A stretch of 64,000 nt of DNA from an uncultured Acidimicrobiales bacterium (GTDB lineage Bacteria > Actinomycetota > Acidimicrobiia > Acidimicrobiales > SZUA-35): NCBI GenBank assembly GCA_937930695.1, contig CALHCB010000055.1, forward strand, positions 4,833 through 68,832. The letters run 5' to 3'. The position numbers and the translations under genes were made by a program. Under the pieces are notes generated by a model that did no database searches, was not told the DNA's origin, and saw only the letters and a list, made by a program, of their open reading frames with translations. Of the stretch, positions 1 through 10,086 are shown piece after piece. Each line of letters starts with the position of its first letter. The stretch's first letter is position 1.

Positions 1-2
1 TC

Positions 3-128
3 GGACTCGATCTTGGCGGCCGGACGCCTGAAGAGACCGCGATTTCGATCTGCGCAGAGATCATTGCCATGCGGGCGGGTCGTTTGGCCCCGTCGCTGCG
101 TGATGCCGACGGCGACATTCATCGTTGA
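3..128 (+). CDS. xdhC: XdhC/CoxI family molybdoenzyme maturation factor, C-terminal fragment (5' end outside window)
   Basis: Frame from nt 3 reads GLDLGGRTPEETAISICAEIIAMR...DIHR*, matching the GLD.GA.TPEE.A.SI.AEI C-terminal motif of XdhC; not in the ORF track; mocA and coxG nearby. Confidence 0.85.
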   Translation, partial: GLDLGGRTPEETAISICAEIIAMRAGRLAPSLRDADGDIHR

Positions 129-235
129 TCTGACCAAAAGCGTCGTCTCATTGCGGCATCCCCAACACAAGGTGTTTTCGTCGCTACGAGCTGGAATTCT
201 TGACTTCTGTCGGCTGCCGCCGATGGAGAGCCGTT

Positions 236-2686
236 ATGTCGGAACGTCGTCGCCCTGGGCCGATGCATGTCTGGCGCCGCCTTCGCTTGTCGCAGAAGGT
301 GGGGTTGGCCGTGCTCGCGTCTTGTATCCCACTTGTCGTGCTTGGCGTGCAGGTGGCAAACATCGCGTCCGGACTTCTTCAAGATCAGGTGCTCAACAAC
401 GTCGGCCTGGCTGGCCAAGTTGAAGCGGAACGGATCGGGACAGCGGTTGATCGGGCATCGTTCGGCATGCAGTCCATCAGCGGTGATAGCCGGTTCCAAG
501 ACCTCGTTGCCCAACAATCCCAACAAGGGGCCGAAGCCGCGGTCAACGCAGGCTTCCAGGAATATCTCGACATCGTGGTTGGCCGGTTCGAGTCAGACGG
601 ACTCGTCGGTCTAGAGATTCGAACCAATGCGGGCACCGAGATTCGTGCCGTCAACACCGGTGTGGTGAGCGCGGAAACCTCGGGGCAGCTTCTGCAAATG
701 GGCGATATCAACTCCAAGGTCGGCTCTGTCTTTACTGACGCAAATGGCCGGCCGAAGCTTCCAATCTTCGAAAGATTTCGCCCTGGCGGAGGTGGCATTG
801 GCGTCACCATCGTGAGCGAGTGGGACGTGCAAACACTGTTGCGCGGCGGTGTTGACCTTGGATCTCTCGGTAGCTCGGCCAAGACGATGGTCCTGCAACC
901 CAATCCCGACGGCACGAACCTCGTGATCGCTCGTACCGACTCTGCAATCGTTGGCCAGGCGATCACGATCGACACCAACCCTGTGCTCAACCAACCCTCT
1001 CGTGTCGTCGAGACTGACGATCAATTCGGTACCGAGGTTGTGCAAGCGTCCGCTCGCACTGACGTCGAACCAGCGTGGATCTCGGTCGTGGAAGTTGATC
1101 AATCCGACGTCTACCAGGATCTTGGTCGGGTTCGCCTTGCGGTCATCACCGTCTTTGTCGCAGCCGGAATGGTGATTCTCATCGTCGTCGGAATCGCCCT
1201 TCGTGGCTTTGCGAGACGACTTGCTCGAATGACGAACCTGGCAGAAGCGGTCGCCAACGGCGACCTTACGGTTCGGACCGGAGATGATCGTCTCGACGAA
1301 CTCGGCCGTCTCTCGATGGCTTTCGACGACATGACACAGGCGCTTGCTGAGGACATTGCCCGTCGAGAGCGTGTGGAAGCCCAGCTTGCCTACCAGGCAA
1401 CCCACGACAGCCTCACCGGACTTCCCAACCGCCATCAGCTCATCGAAGAGCTCGACCAAGTCCTGATGGAGTCAACCGAGCTGCTTTCGGTGCTCTTTGT
1501 CGACCTTGATGGATTCAAGGAAGTCAACGATCGTCATGGCCACGGCGCAGGGGACGAGCTCCTGATCCGCGTGGCAGAGCGTCTTCGAGACGTTCTGCGT
1601 CCAACTGACTTCCTGGCTCGACTTGGCGGTGACGAGTTCGTCATCGTCTTGCGAGGGCTCGGTTTGATGGAAGCAGAACGACTCGCCGGACGAGTTGTGG
1701 CGAGCCTTGAGCTGCCGTTCATCGTCACCGGCGTCGAAGTTGGCATCAGCGCATCAATTGGTGTTTCTTCTGCGGCCGATGAGCGGTCCTCTGAGCGCCT
1801 GATCAAGGAAGCCGACATCGCCATGTACCGGGCCAAGGCCATGGGCAAAGGTCGGGCCGTTCGGGTCACCGAAGAATCCTTGGAAGCCGTCGAACAGCGA
1901 GTCTCGATCCTCTCGGAGCTTCGCGAAGCAGTCAACAATGGCGATCTTCAGCTCATGTTGTGGCCGGTCGGCAACCTGAAGACCGGACAGCTCACTGGTA
2001 TGGAAGCCACCGTGCGCTGGCATCACCCTGAGCGAGGCATCATCCCGCCAGCAGAGTTTCTCCCCATGGCGGTCAACTCAGGCTTCGCGAGCCAGATTGA
2101 CGAGTGGGTCATCGCCCGTGCTGTGCAGCTTGTGGCGGGCTGGCGAGACGAAGGTCTTCCCGTTGAAGATCTCGAGATGGCGATCAACCTCACGACCGAG
2201 ATGTTCTTGGACCCTCGCAGTCGACAGATCCTCACCGAGGAAATCAGTCGTCACAGCTTGCGGTCCTCGAATTTCCGAGTCGAAGTGCCCGAGACCGTCC
2301 TGCGAAGTGATGGTGCGCTGCTGAAAGACGTATTCAACACCTATCGGGCGATCGGCATGCCGGTCACACTTGACCGTTTCGGTTCGGACTACTCGAGCCT
2401 GGATCGTCTGCCCCGGTTTGCGATCGACGCAGTCAAGATCGACCTCGCGCTCATTGCCGATCTCGGCAACCGACTGTCGAGCCGAGCACTTGTCGGATCA
2501 TTGATCACTCTGGCCCAAACGGCAGGACTCCGCATCGCGGCCGCCGGAGTCGACGATGGCCTGCTCCGTCAGGAACTTGTGGAGCTCGGTTGCAACAGCG
2601 GTCAAGGCATGTGGCTTTCGCCAGCCGTTGACCAATACGGAATGGCCGATCTCATCGCAGCCCGCCGTCTCGTCGACGCAGTCTGA
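236..2686 (+). CDS. Membrane sensor diguanylate cyclase with HAMP, GGDEF and degenerate EAL domains
   Basis: Two TM helices, HAMP (DELGRLSMAFDDM), HDSLTGLPNR, DLDGFKEVND, GGDEF with RxxD I-site; EAL domain has EAT, DRFG and AAGVD substitutions; ATG at 236 preferred. Confidence 0.92.
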   Translation: MSERRRPGPMHVWRRLRLSQKVGLAVLASCIPLVVLGVQVANIASGLLQDQVLNNVGLAGQVEAERIGTAVDRASFGMQSISGDSRFQDLVAQQSQQGAEAAVNAGFQEYLDIVVGRFESDGLVGLEIRTNAGTEIRAVNTGVVSAETSGQLLQMGDINSKVGSVFTDANGRPKLPIFERFRPGGGGIGVTIVSEWDVQTLLRGGVDLGSLGSSAKTMVLQPNPDGTNLVIARTDSAIVGQAITIDTNPVLNQPSRVVETDDQFGTEVVQASARTDVEPAWISVVEVDQSDVYQDLGRVRLAVITVFVAAGMVILIVVGIALRGFARRLARMTNLAEAVANGDLTVRTGDDRLDELGRLSMAFDDMTQALAEDIARRERVEAQLAYQATHDSLTGLPNRHQLIEELDQVLMESTELLSVLFVDLDGFKEVNDRHGHGAGDELLIRVAERLRDVLRPTDFLARLGGDEFVIVLRGLGLMEAERLAGRVVASLELPFIVTGVEVGISASIGVSSAADERSSERLIKEADIAMYRAKAMGKGRAVRVTEESLEAVEQRVSILSELREAVNNGDLQLMLWPVGNLKTGQLTGMEATVRWHHPERGIIPPAEFLPMAVNSGFASQIDEWVIARAVQLVAGWRDEGLPVEDLEMAINLTTEMFLDPRSRQILTEEISRHSLRSSNFRVEVPETVLRSDGALLKDVFNTYRAIGMPVTLDRFGSDYSSLDRLPRFAIDAVKIDLALIADLGNRLSSRALVGSLITLAQTAGLRIAAAGVDDGLLRQELVELGCNSGQGMWLSPAVDQYGMADLIAARRLVDAV

Positions 2687-2729
2687 GAGATCCGACCGAA
2701 CGAGCCTCCTGGGGGCGTAGGGTCGAGCG

Positions 2730-3287
2730 GTGACCGTTGCCGGAATTGTGCTCGCTGGTGGAGCGGGTTCGCGCTTCGAAGGACCAACCCACAAACTCCT
2801 TGCAGAGATTGACGGAATACCAGTTGTCGTACGCGCTGTGCGCGCCGCGCTCGATGCAGGATTCAACGATCTGTATGTCGTGCAGGGAGCCATCGAACTC
2901 AGCACTATTCTGCCGGCCGGAATCACCTTGCTCACGGCCCAGGACTGGGCCGAAGGGCAGTCCAGAACCCTGCAGTGTGGCATCGAACGGGCACGTGCTG
3001 ATGGGCACAACTCCGTCGTGGTCGGCCTAGGGGACCAGCCCATGGTTCCGAGTCGAACATGGCGAACAGTCGGCGCAGCGCGAGGACCAATTGTCATCGC
3101 ATCGTTCGACGGCGAACGCCGCCCACCGGTGAAGCTCGAATCTGAGGTATGGGACTTCTTGCCCACCGAGGGTGATCTGGGAGCCCGCGACTTGATTCGA
3201 GGGCGCCCCGATCTCGTTTCGGCGGTAGCGTGCTCGGGCAATCCCGCCGATATTGACACCATGAAGGATCTGGACCAATGGAGCTGA
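2730..3287 (+). CDS. mocA: Molybdenum cofactor cytidylyltransferase-like nucleotidyltransferase (MocA/MobA family)
   Basis: LAGGAGSRF..HKLL, GDQP and DIDT motifs; xdhC/coxG context. Confidence 0.8.
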   Translation: MTVAGIVLAGGAGSRFEGPTHKLLAEIDGIPVVVRAVRAALDAGFNDLYVVQGAIELSTILPAGITLLTAQDWAEGQSRTLQCGIERARADGHNSVVVGLGDQPMVPSRTWRTVGAARGPIVIASFDGERRPPVKLESEVWDFLPTEGDLGARDLIRGRPDLVSAVACSGNPADIDTMKDLDQWS

Positions 3288-4060
3288 GCAACGAGTTCAT
3301 CATCGAGCGCCCCATCGAAGAAACCTGGGCGATTCTGAACGACCTGGAGTTCATCGCTCCGTGTATGCCAGGGGCCCAGCTTCAGGAGATCGAAGGCGAC
3401 GAATATCGAGGCATCGTCAAGATCAAAGTTGGCCCGATCACCGCGCAGTACAAGGGCAAGGCATCATTCATCGAGCAGAACGCGACCGACAAGATCGCCC
3501 GTCTGAAAGCAGAGGGACGTGACCCCCGTCAGGGCAACGCCAACGCGATGGTGACCGCCAAGATGGTTGCAGCCTCGGACAACTCGACCACGGTGAACAT
3601 TCACACTGATCTCGGACTGAGCGGCAAGATTGCGAGCTTTGGCCGCGGCGCGATTGAAGACGTCTCGAAGAAGATCCTGGGCCAGTTCACCGACAATCTC
3701 CGCGAGAAGCTGGCCGAAGGCGCCACGCCCGTTGCCGACGCGACAACAGATGCGGCCGCTCCGGCTGCAGAGGCTGCTGCTGCGGCTCCCACTGTCGGCG
3801 CGGCCGCTGTCGGTGCCGCTGCCGCTGAGGCCGCTGCCGCGGTGAACACCGGAGCTTCCGAGGCTGCTCCGGCTGCAGAGACCGCTGCTCCCGAGCAGCC
3901 AAAGGTCCGTAAGATCGATTCACCCGAGCCGGAGCCCGTCGATCTCCTTTCGGTCACCACTGGGGACTCAACCGTCAAGAAGGTCGCACCTCTCGTCGTC
4001 GGCGGCGCTCTGCTGCTCCTGATCCTGCGGTGGCTTGCCGGAGGCAAGGCGTCGGAGTGA
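3278..4060 (+). CDS. coxG: CoxG/SRPBCC family protein with Ala/Pro-rich linker and C-terminal membrane anchor
   Basis: MELSNEF, CMPGA, KVGPITAQYKG, GKIASFGRG; TM tail. Confidence 0.88.
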   Translation: MELSNEFIIERPIEETWAILNDLEFIAPCMPGAQLQEIEGDEYRGIVKIKVGPITAQYKGKASFIEQNATDKIARLKAEGRDPRQGNANAMVTAKMVAASDNSTTVNIHTDLGLSGKIASFGRGAIEDVSKKILGQFTDNLREKLAEGATPVADATTDAAAPAAEAAAAAPTVGAAAVGAAAAEAAAAVNTGASEAAPAAETAAPEQPKVRKIDSPEPEPVDLLSVTTGDSTVKKVAPLVVGGALLLLILRWLAGGKASE

Positions 4061-4115
4061 CCCCAACGCTTGTTGGATCTTCCGCAGGGCTTCTGCGGGC
4101 ACGGCGCTGAAGTTA

Positions 4116-4610
4116 ATGGATCTCACTGATCACGAGATGGTGACGAGGCTCATCGGTCGGCGACCGATGGGAACGTTCACTGTCGCGGTACGCCGGGAAG
4201 ACTCAAGTCCTGTCGTCATCGAGAACGCACCGTTTCTCGATGACGGTCGGCCCATGCCGACTCGGTACTGGCTCGCCGATCGAGCGCTCAATCGAGCGAT
4301 CGGGCGACTCGAATCCACCGGGGCAATCGACGCGATCGAGGCCTCACTCGGACTTGATGCGATCGCCGTCGTGCATCGTCGCTATGAACGTGAGCGAGAT
4401 GCCTTGGTGCCATCCGAGCACAGTGGTCCGCGGCCAAGCGGTGGTGTCGGGGGAACTCGGATTGGCGTGAAGTGCCTGCATGCGCACTATGCGAACTTTC
4501 TGGCGACCGGTGATGACGTCGTTGGTTCCTGGGTTCATGAGCAGCTGGAGAATTCCGGGACGCAGTTCGATCCCGCCGTACCCGGTGTCGCCAGCGAGGA
4601 GAAGGAATGA
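4116..4610 (+). CDS. DUF501 family protein
   Basis: GRPMPTRYWL and GVGG...VKCLHAH motifs; stop overlaps the ppx start, as is usual in actinobacteria. Confidence 0.85.
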   Translation: MDLTDHEMVTRLIGRRPMGTFTVAVRREDSSPVVIENAPFLDDGRPMPTRYWLADRALNRAIGRLESTGAIDAIEASLGLDAIAVVHRRYERERDALVPSEHSGPRPSGGVGGTRIGVKCLHAHYANFLATGDDVVGSWVHEQLENSGTQFDPAVPGVASEEKE

Positions 4611-5530
4611 GCGAGATCGTGCAGGCGGTCATCGACCTTGGATCGACCTCGTCTCGGCTGCTCATCGGCACTGCCGGCGCCGTGCTCCACCGAGAACAGA
4701 TCGTCACCCAAATGGGCACCGGGATCGATGCCACTGCAGCCATCAGCGATGAAGCACTTGAACGAGTCGACGCAGCGTTGGCTCATTTCGCCCAGGAGTT
4801 GTCTCGATTCGAGGTGGCGGCAACACGAGTGGTGGCCACAGCCGCAGCCCGCGAGGTCCGGGACACGTCAGGACTGCGGCTCATGGTGGAGCGGACCACG
4901 GGTGCACAACTTGAGATCCTCAGCGGTGAGGACGAAGGTCGGTTCGCCTTTCTCGGAGCCGTGGCGCGAGAAGAACCCGGCTCGCTCGTCGTGGTCGACA
5001 TCGGAGGACGGTCCACAGAGGTCATCGTTGGATCACTAGGTGATGGCGTGCTCGGGTCGATCTCGTTGCCCACTGGCGCCTCCCGCCTCACTGAGGAGTT
5101 CATCGAACAAGATCCACCGGCGCCCGCGGAACTCGCGGGTGCATTGTCTGTTGCCGGGTTGCATCTCGATGACGTGGCTCGTGAACTTCCCCAAGCCGCG
5201 ACGGTGCTCCAATCAGGAACGGTGATTGGTGTGGGCGGCACGATCACGACCGCGGTTGCGGTCGAGCTCGGACTCCTGACCTACGACGCCGACGTCGTCG
5301 ATGGATTTCTTCTCTCCAAGGAAGCCGCAGAGGATGTGTTTCGGACGCTGGCCACCGAAAATCACGCCGACCGAGCTCACAATCCCGGCTTGCATCCCGA
5401 TCGAGTTGGCGTGATTGTCGGTGGTATGTGCATGCTCGTCGGTCTGATGCGACGGTTCGGGATAGACGAAATCAAGGTCTCGGAGCGAGACCTGCTCGAT
5501 GGTGTTCTCCAAGAGATGACGCAATCGTGA
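4607..5530 (+). CDS. ppx: Ppx/GppA exopolyphosphatase
   Basis: IDLGSTSSRL, ATAAARE, SGEDEG, DIGGRSTE, GVGGT motifs. Confidence 0.9.
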   Translation: MSEIVQAVIDLGSTSSRLLIGTAGAVLHREQIVTQMGTGIDATAAISDEALERVDAALAHFAQELSRFEVAATRVVATAAAREVRDTSGLRLMVERTTGAQLEILSGEDEGRFAFLGAVAREEPGSLVVVDIGGRSTEVIVGSLGDGVLGSISLPTGASRLTEEFIEQDPPAPAELAGALSVAGLHLDDVARELPQAATVLQSGTVIGVGGTITTAVAVELGLLTYDADVVDGFLLSKEAAEDVFRTLATENHADRAHNPGLHPDRVGVIVGGMCMLVGLMRRFGIDEIKVSERDLLDGVLQEMTQS

Positions 5531-6117
5531 GCACGACCCTTATCGGCAAGCGAATCGTGTTGCGGCCGCTGCGAGCCGACGACTTCGATCAATGGCGTGA
5601 CATCCGACGGGCGAACTTGGCCTGGTTGACGAAATGGGAGCCGAAGCGTCCGGCGCACGGGCCAGATGTGGTCAACGATCGTGGAGCGTTCACGCTTCGA
5701 TGTCACTCCCGCGATCGCGAGTGGCAAATTGGTGTTGGCTACGGATTCGGCGTGTTCGTCGGCGGCCAATTTGGTGGTGAAATCAACCTGAACAACGTGC
5801 AGCGTGGGCCGTTTCAGAATGCCTATCTCGGCTACTGGATCGATGAGAGCCTCGCCGGCAACAGCTATACGCCTGAGGGTGTTGTGCTGGTGCTGCGCTA
5901 CGCCTTCGAGCAACTGGGGCTCCACCGTGTGCAGATCTCGATTGTTCCGCGAAACGCAGCGTCACGTCGCGTCGTCGAGAAGCTCGATGTTCGCTCAGAA
6001 GGTCTCGCAGAGCGGTATCTGGAGATTAACGGCGAGTGGGAAGACCACATTCGGTTCGCAATGACGGCTGAAGAGTGGTCGGCCAGGCGGACCGAGCTGA
6101 TCGCGGCCTGGCTCTAG
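5527..6117 (+). CDS. RimJ/RimL family GNAT acetyltransferase
   Basis: LGYWID, LHRVQISIVPRNAASRRVVEKL, YLEINGEWEDH; GTG start overlaps the ppx stop. Confidence 0.88.
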   Translation: MSTTLIGKRIVLRPLRADDFDQWRDIRRANLAWLTKWEPKRPAHGPDVVNDRGAFTLRCHSRDREWQIGVGYGFGVFVGGQFGGEINLNNVQRGPFQNAYLGYWIDESLAGNSYTPEGVVLVLRYAFEQLGLHRVQISIVPRNAASRRVVEKLDVRSEGLAERYLEINGEWEDHIRFAMTAEEWSARRTELIAAWL

Positions 6118-6179
6118 TCAAAGCAGTGAACCAGAACCGCTCCGGTCCCAGCTGACCGAAGCGGTCCTTGTGCGCACGT

Positions 6180-6935
6180 CTAAGACTTGGTCGTGATCTT
6201 GGCCTTGAGCGCGGCCAGGAGCTCCCGGAACGCCGGCTGGCGAGCGGACCATGCTTGAGGGCCGAGCTCCATGTTGACCGCAGCGCGCTGTGTCGTCACC
6301 GCGGTGATTTCCGCCATGGTCTGCTTGGTCCGCAGCACCAGTTCCTTCGGAACGTTGGCGGTGCGTGCAGCCATCTCTTGGCAGGCATCGAGAAGCTGGT
6401 CATCCGGCACGCACCGGTACGCCAGTCCGACTCGCTCAGCTTCTTTGCCGTCCATGACCTCAGAGAACAGCACCGCTGCTGCTGCTGGTTGAGGTCCCGT
6501 GATGTTCTGGAACATCCACGTATGTCCGCCACCAGGATGTATGCCGATCTGAAGGAAGCGGTCGTCGAATCGTGCCGACTCGCCAGCCATCCGTACATCG
6601 CAGATCAGCGCGAGGTTCATTCCGGCACCGACCGCGGCACCATTCACTGCTGCAATGGTCGGAAGTGGGCTGCGACCCACGCGGAGAAACCCTTCGTAGA
6701 TCGCAAGAAGGCCCTCTTCTTCGGAATCGCCGAGATGCGTGAGGTCAGCACCGGCGCAGAACGCTGGGGCTGCACCGGTCACGATCAGGGCCTTGACGTC
6801 GGGATTGGCCTCGACGCTGTCCAGGACGTCGCCAACTTCGGCACACATGTCGAGCGTGACGGCATTTCGCCGATCAGGGTCGTTCAGGGTGACAGTGGCA
6901 ACGGATTCGGTGATGTCGAGATTGACGAGACTCAT
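6180..6935 (-). CDS. Enoyl-CoA hydratase/isomerase
   Basis: AFCAGADL and IAAVNGAAVGAG crotonase motifs. Confidence 0.9.
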   Translation of the reverse strand: MSLVNLDITESVATVTLNDPDRRNAVTLDMCAEVGDVLDSVEANPDVKALIVTGAAPAFCAGADLTHLGDSEEEGLLAIYEGFLRVGRSPLPTIAAVNGAAVGAGMNLALICDVRMAGESARFDDRFLQIGIHPGGGHTWMFQNITGPQPAAAAVLFSEVMDGKEAERVGLAYRCVPDDQLLDACQEMAARTANVPKELVLRTKQTMAEITAVTTQRAAVNMELGPQAWSARQPAFRELLAALKAKITTKS

Positions 6936-7024
6936 CGCAGAAGTCTCTCACCGTTGTGCCCGGCATTACGAACTCCCGAGTCACCTCGCGACTCAAAGGA
7001 GCATGACGTGCAAGCTGTCCAGCT

Positions 7025-7525
7025 TCAGGCCCGTAGATCGATGCGAGAGGAACTGACTGCGTCCACGGTCTCACGTGACCGTGGGAGGGCTGAGTCTTGC
7101 GAACCATGGATGGCGCTCAGCACTGCGTGGCCGATTTCCCGCAAGGTCGACGCCAACGAATCAGTGTGGCGATCGTCATCGGGAAGGTCCTGGCTGAAGG
7201 CCCAAGCCTCAACCGCCGTTTCGAGTTGACCAGCGTGTTCTGCCCGAACGGACACGAAGCGACGCGATTGCTCGAAGTCGACTTCCTTTTCGGTCAGGAA
7301 GTGGCACAAAAGCGCGACCTTGACCGGCTCGTCGCTCGATACCGCGATGTCGAGCCACGACGATGACGTTTGCATCATCGGGGCGACCTGATCGGCGAGT
7401 GCGGTTGCCTCTGTCCCTGTGGCAAGCGGAATATCGCATCGTGGACACGTCGTGATCCACGGCATGTAGAGCCCGCTGCATTCGGGGCACGCGGGTCCCT
7501 GCTGGTCGTGTTGTTCCGAGGTCAT
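7025..7525 (-). CDS. Hypothetical protein with N-terminal CxxC/CxxC zinc ribbon
   Basis: CPEC-x9-CPRC; fills the gap between genes; ATG at 7525 or 7531. Confidence 0.65.
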   Translation of the reverse strand: MTSEQHDQQGPACPECSGLYMPWITTCPRCDIPLATGTEATALADQVAPMMQTSSSWLDIAVSSDEPVKVALLCHFLTEKEVDFEQSRRFVSVRAEHAGQLETAVEAWAFSQDLPDDDRHTDSLASTLREIGHAVLSAIHGSQDSALPRSRETVDAVSSSRIDLRA

Positions 7526-7581
7526 ATCCATTCATCGGTTGTCGTCACGGACAACTGAAGTAGGCCAAATATGCTGTTTCG

Positions 7582-8271
7582 ATGTCGGCCGCACCGACGG
7601 AGGGACTCCGTAGTCAACAGAACAATGCATTCGTTCTTGCCTCGTCGTCGCCGCGCCGGTCCGAATTACTTCGTTCGGTTGGGGTCGATCCGCTCGTGAT
7701 CGTGGCAGCGATCGACGAGACGCCGATGGCGGATGAATCGGCCCGATCCCTCGTGAGTCGCTTGAGTGAGGCGAAAGCTCTCGCCGGGGCCCACCAGGTC
7801 ATGGCTGACTGGCCGGCGGATCTCTGTCGTGTTGCCGGGGCACGCGTCCCGGTTCTCGGCGCCGACACGGTCATCGAGCTTGACGGTGAGATCCTTGGCA
7901 AGCCTCGAAATGCCGAAGACGCAGAGCGAATGCTCGGGGCGCTCTCAAATCGGACGCACGCCGTCTTGACCGGGGTTGCCATCGTGATCTTGGGCGTCGA
8001 TGAGCACGGGGGAGAAACCATCGTCGAACGCCGGAGTGCAGTGGCAACCACCGCCGTCGACTTCGGCCCTCTGACCGCTGCAGACATCGAGGCCTACATC
8101 GTCTCGGGCGAATACCAAGGCAAGGCGGGGGCCTACGCCATACAAGGTCGCGGCGGTCTTTTCGTGCGCTCGATCCAGGGAACGAACGACAACGTTGTTG
8201 GATTGCCGCTTGGCATTGTTGACGCAGTACTGGCCGAGAGTGGCCTTCGGCTGCGAGACTTCGCCTCGTGA
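7582..8271 (+). CDS. maf: Maf family nucleoside triphosphate pyrophosphatase
   Basis: LASSSPRR, GADT, ILGKP, KAGAYAIQG, NVVGLP. Confidence 0.93.
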   Translation: MSAAPTEGLRSQQNNAFVLASSSPRRSELLRSVGVDPLVIVAAIDETPMADESARSLVSRLSEAKALAGAHQVMADWPADLCRVAGARVPVLGADTVIELDGEILGKPRNAEDAERMLGALSNRTHAVLTGVAIVILGVDEHGGETIVERRSAVATTAVDFGPLTAADIEAYIVSGEYQGKAGAYAIQGRGGLFVRSIQGTNDNVVGLPLGIVDAVLAESGLRLRDFAS

Positions 8272-9368
8272 GGGTTTCTCGGCGTCCGGAGGGTGAGTCG
8301 TTTACGCGATTCGTCGACGTCGCATCGCCCGAGGATGGCAGTGCACAGATCTGGGCATGGATCAAACAAGGCTTGTTCCTGGCCCTCAGCGTCATAGCGC
8401 TCTATCTCTTCTCGCCGCAGATTCTCGATGTGATGTCGTCTGCACCGCGCCTACGCACGATCCGCCCCTGGTGGTTTGTGGCGATGGCCGTGCTGCAGCT
8501 CGCAAGCTTCGCCTGCATGTGGTGGCTGACTCGCCTCGTGCTTCCTTCGGTCAGCTGGTTCGTTGCCGCCACGAGTCAACTTGTTGCCAACGCCGTGAGT
8601 CGAGTGGTGCCCGGCGGAGCAGCGGCTGGCGGAGCGACGCTCTATCGGATGCTGTCGGTGTCGGGGGTCAATCAGCGAGAAGCTGGGGGAGCGCTAGCCG
8701 CCACCTCAGTGCTCTCTACCGGAGCGCTCTTTGCCATCCCAGCAACCGCGCTTGGACTCGCCCTTCTTGGTGCGCCGATTCCAGAAGATCTTTGGCCTGC
8801 TGCGGTTGCCGGTGGGGTCATGTTCCTTGTGCTCTTCGGTGTCGGAGCGGTTGCTGTCGGTTCTGACGCACCGCTCCTCGCCTTTGGTCGAGGTCTGAAA
8901 CGAGTCGTTGTCTTCCTCTCCAATCGCTTCGGCCGTGAATCTGAGTTTGAGCCAGGCGAGGTGCTCGAGCAGCGCGATCGGCTGGTCGAGGTGGTCGGGA
9001 GCAAGTGGCCACGAGCGGTGATGGCCGCGGCAGGAAATTGGGTGTTCGACTATCTGACCCTCGTCGCCGCTCTCTATGCCGTTGGCGCTGATCCCCGGCT
9101 CAGCATTGTGTTGCTCGCCTACGCCGGAGCTGCGGTGCTGGCCATGATCCCCATCACTCCCGGCGGACTTGGTTTCGTCGAAGCGGGTCTGATTCCTCTT
9201 CTCGTATTGTCCGGAATTTCAGCCCAGAACGCATTGCTCGCCGCCTTGGCCTACCGAGTGTTCTCACTCTGGCTGCCGATCCTGGCTGGGGTTCCGGCCT
9301 GGATGGCGTACCGAGCGCGGTATCGAGTGGGCCGTCGTGTCCTCACTGAACCAAAGGAACGGGTATGA
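8268..9368 (+). CDS. Lysylphosphatidylglycerol synthase TM / YbhN-like flippase-domain membrane protein
   Basis: Multi-TM; VVPGG, PITPGGLGFVEA and AYR motifs. Confidence 0.85.
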   Translation: MRVSRRPEGESFTRFVDVASPEDGSAQIWAWIKQGLFLALSVIALYLFSPQILDVMSSAPRLRTIRPWWFVAMAVLQLASFACMWWLTRLVLPSVSWFVAATSQLVANAVSRVVPGGAAAGGATLYRMLSVSGVNQREAGGALAATSVLSTGALFAIPATALGLALLGAPIPEDLWPAAVAGGVMFLVLFGVGAVAVGSDAPLLAFGRGLKRVVVFLSNRFGRESEFEPGEVLEQRDRLVEVVGSKWPRAVMAAAGNWVFDYLTLVAALYAVGADPRLSIVLLAYAGAAVLAMIPITPGGLGFVEAGLIPLLVLSGISAQNALLAALAYRVFSLWLPILAGVPAWMAYRARYRVGRRVLTEPKERV

Positions 9369-10081
9369 CCAACTCCCTCATCATCCAGGAAATCTGGCGA
9401 TTCCCCGTCAAGTCCGTGGGCGGCGAGCAGCTCCGCTCTGCTGCGGTGACCGAGTTTGGTATTGCTGGTGACCGGGGTTGGGGCATCTTCGATGTCGAGA
9501 CTGGCACGGTGCTCACGGCCCGCCGCAGCCCCGAGCTTCTGTTTGCCCAGGCGAAACTTCAATCAGACGGCGGGGTGCTTGTGACACTTCCTGACGGAAC
9601 CGAAACGGCCGACGATGCAGCACTGTCTGCATGGCTGGACCGCTCAGTCGAGCTCCGTCGAGCGGGCGACGAAGGCGGCACCTATGAGGTTCCGCTTGAC
9701 TTCGAGAACGATGAGAACTGGGTTTCGTGGCAGGGCCCGGCAGGGGCATGGCACGACTCAGCCCGATCCCGTCTCTCTCTTATTACGCAGAGCTCCCTGC
9801 GGGACTGGGACCATCTGCGTTTCCGTACCAACCTGATCCTGAGTGGTTCAGGGGAGGACGAGTTGGTCGGATCAACCATCTCAGTCGGCGAGGATGTTGA
9901 GCTCGAGGTAACCAAGCAGATCGACCGTTGTGTGATGGTCACTCGTCCTCAGCCCGGATTGGAGCGAGACCTCGACGTGCTTCGGACCATCAACAAGGAG
10001 CGAGAGTCGTTGCTGGCGATCGGTGCGACCGTGGCCGCCAGCGGCACAATTTCTGAGGGTGACGTCGTCGCTGCCACCTGA
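9365..10081 (+). CDS. MOSC domain-containing protein
   Basis: IWRFPVKS, GDR, RFRTN, RCVMVT. Confidence 0.9.
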   Translation: MTNSLIIQEIWRFPVKSVGGEQLRSAAVTEFGIAGDRGWGIFDVETGTVLTARRSPELLFAQAKLQSDGGVLVTLPDGTETADDAALSAWLDRSVELRRAGDEGGTYEVPLDFENDENWVSWQGPAGAWHDSARSRLSLITQSSLRDWDHLRFRTNLILSGSGEDELVGSTISVGEDVELEVTKQIDRCVMVTRPQPGLERDLDVLRTINKERESLLAIGATVAASGTISEGDVVAAT

Positions 10082-10086
10082 GTGGG

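Noticed and set aside
3720-3900. Low-complexity GCC/GCT-rich stretch
   Set aside because: Explained by the ordinary Ala/Pro linker of CoxG
6168-7229. Long antisense ORFs (also 12268-12909, 22936-24159, 33583-34722, 50204-51265, 54261-55175)
   Set aside because: They shadow well-supported genes, lack motifs and are expected in GC-rich DNA
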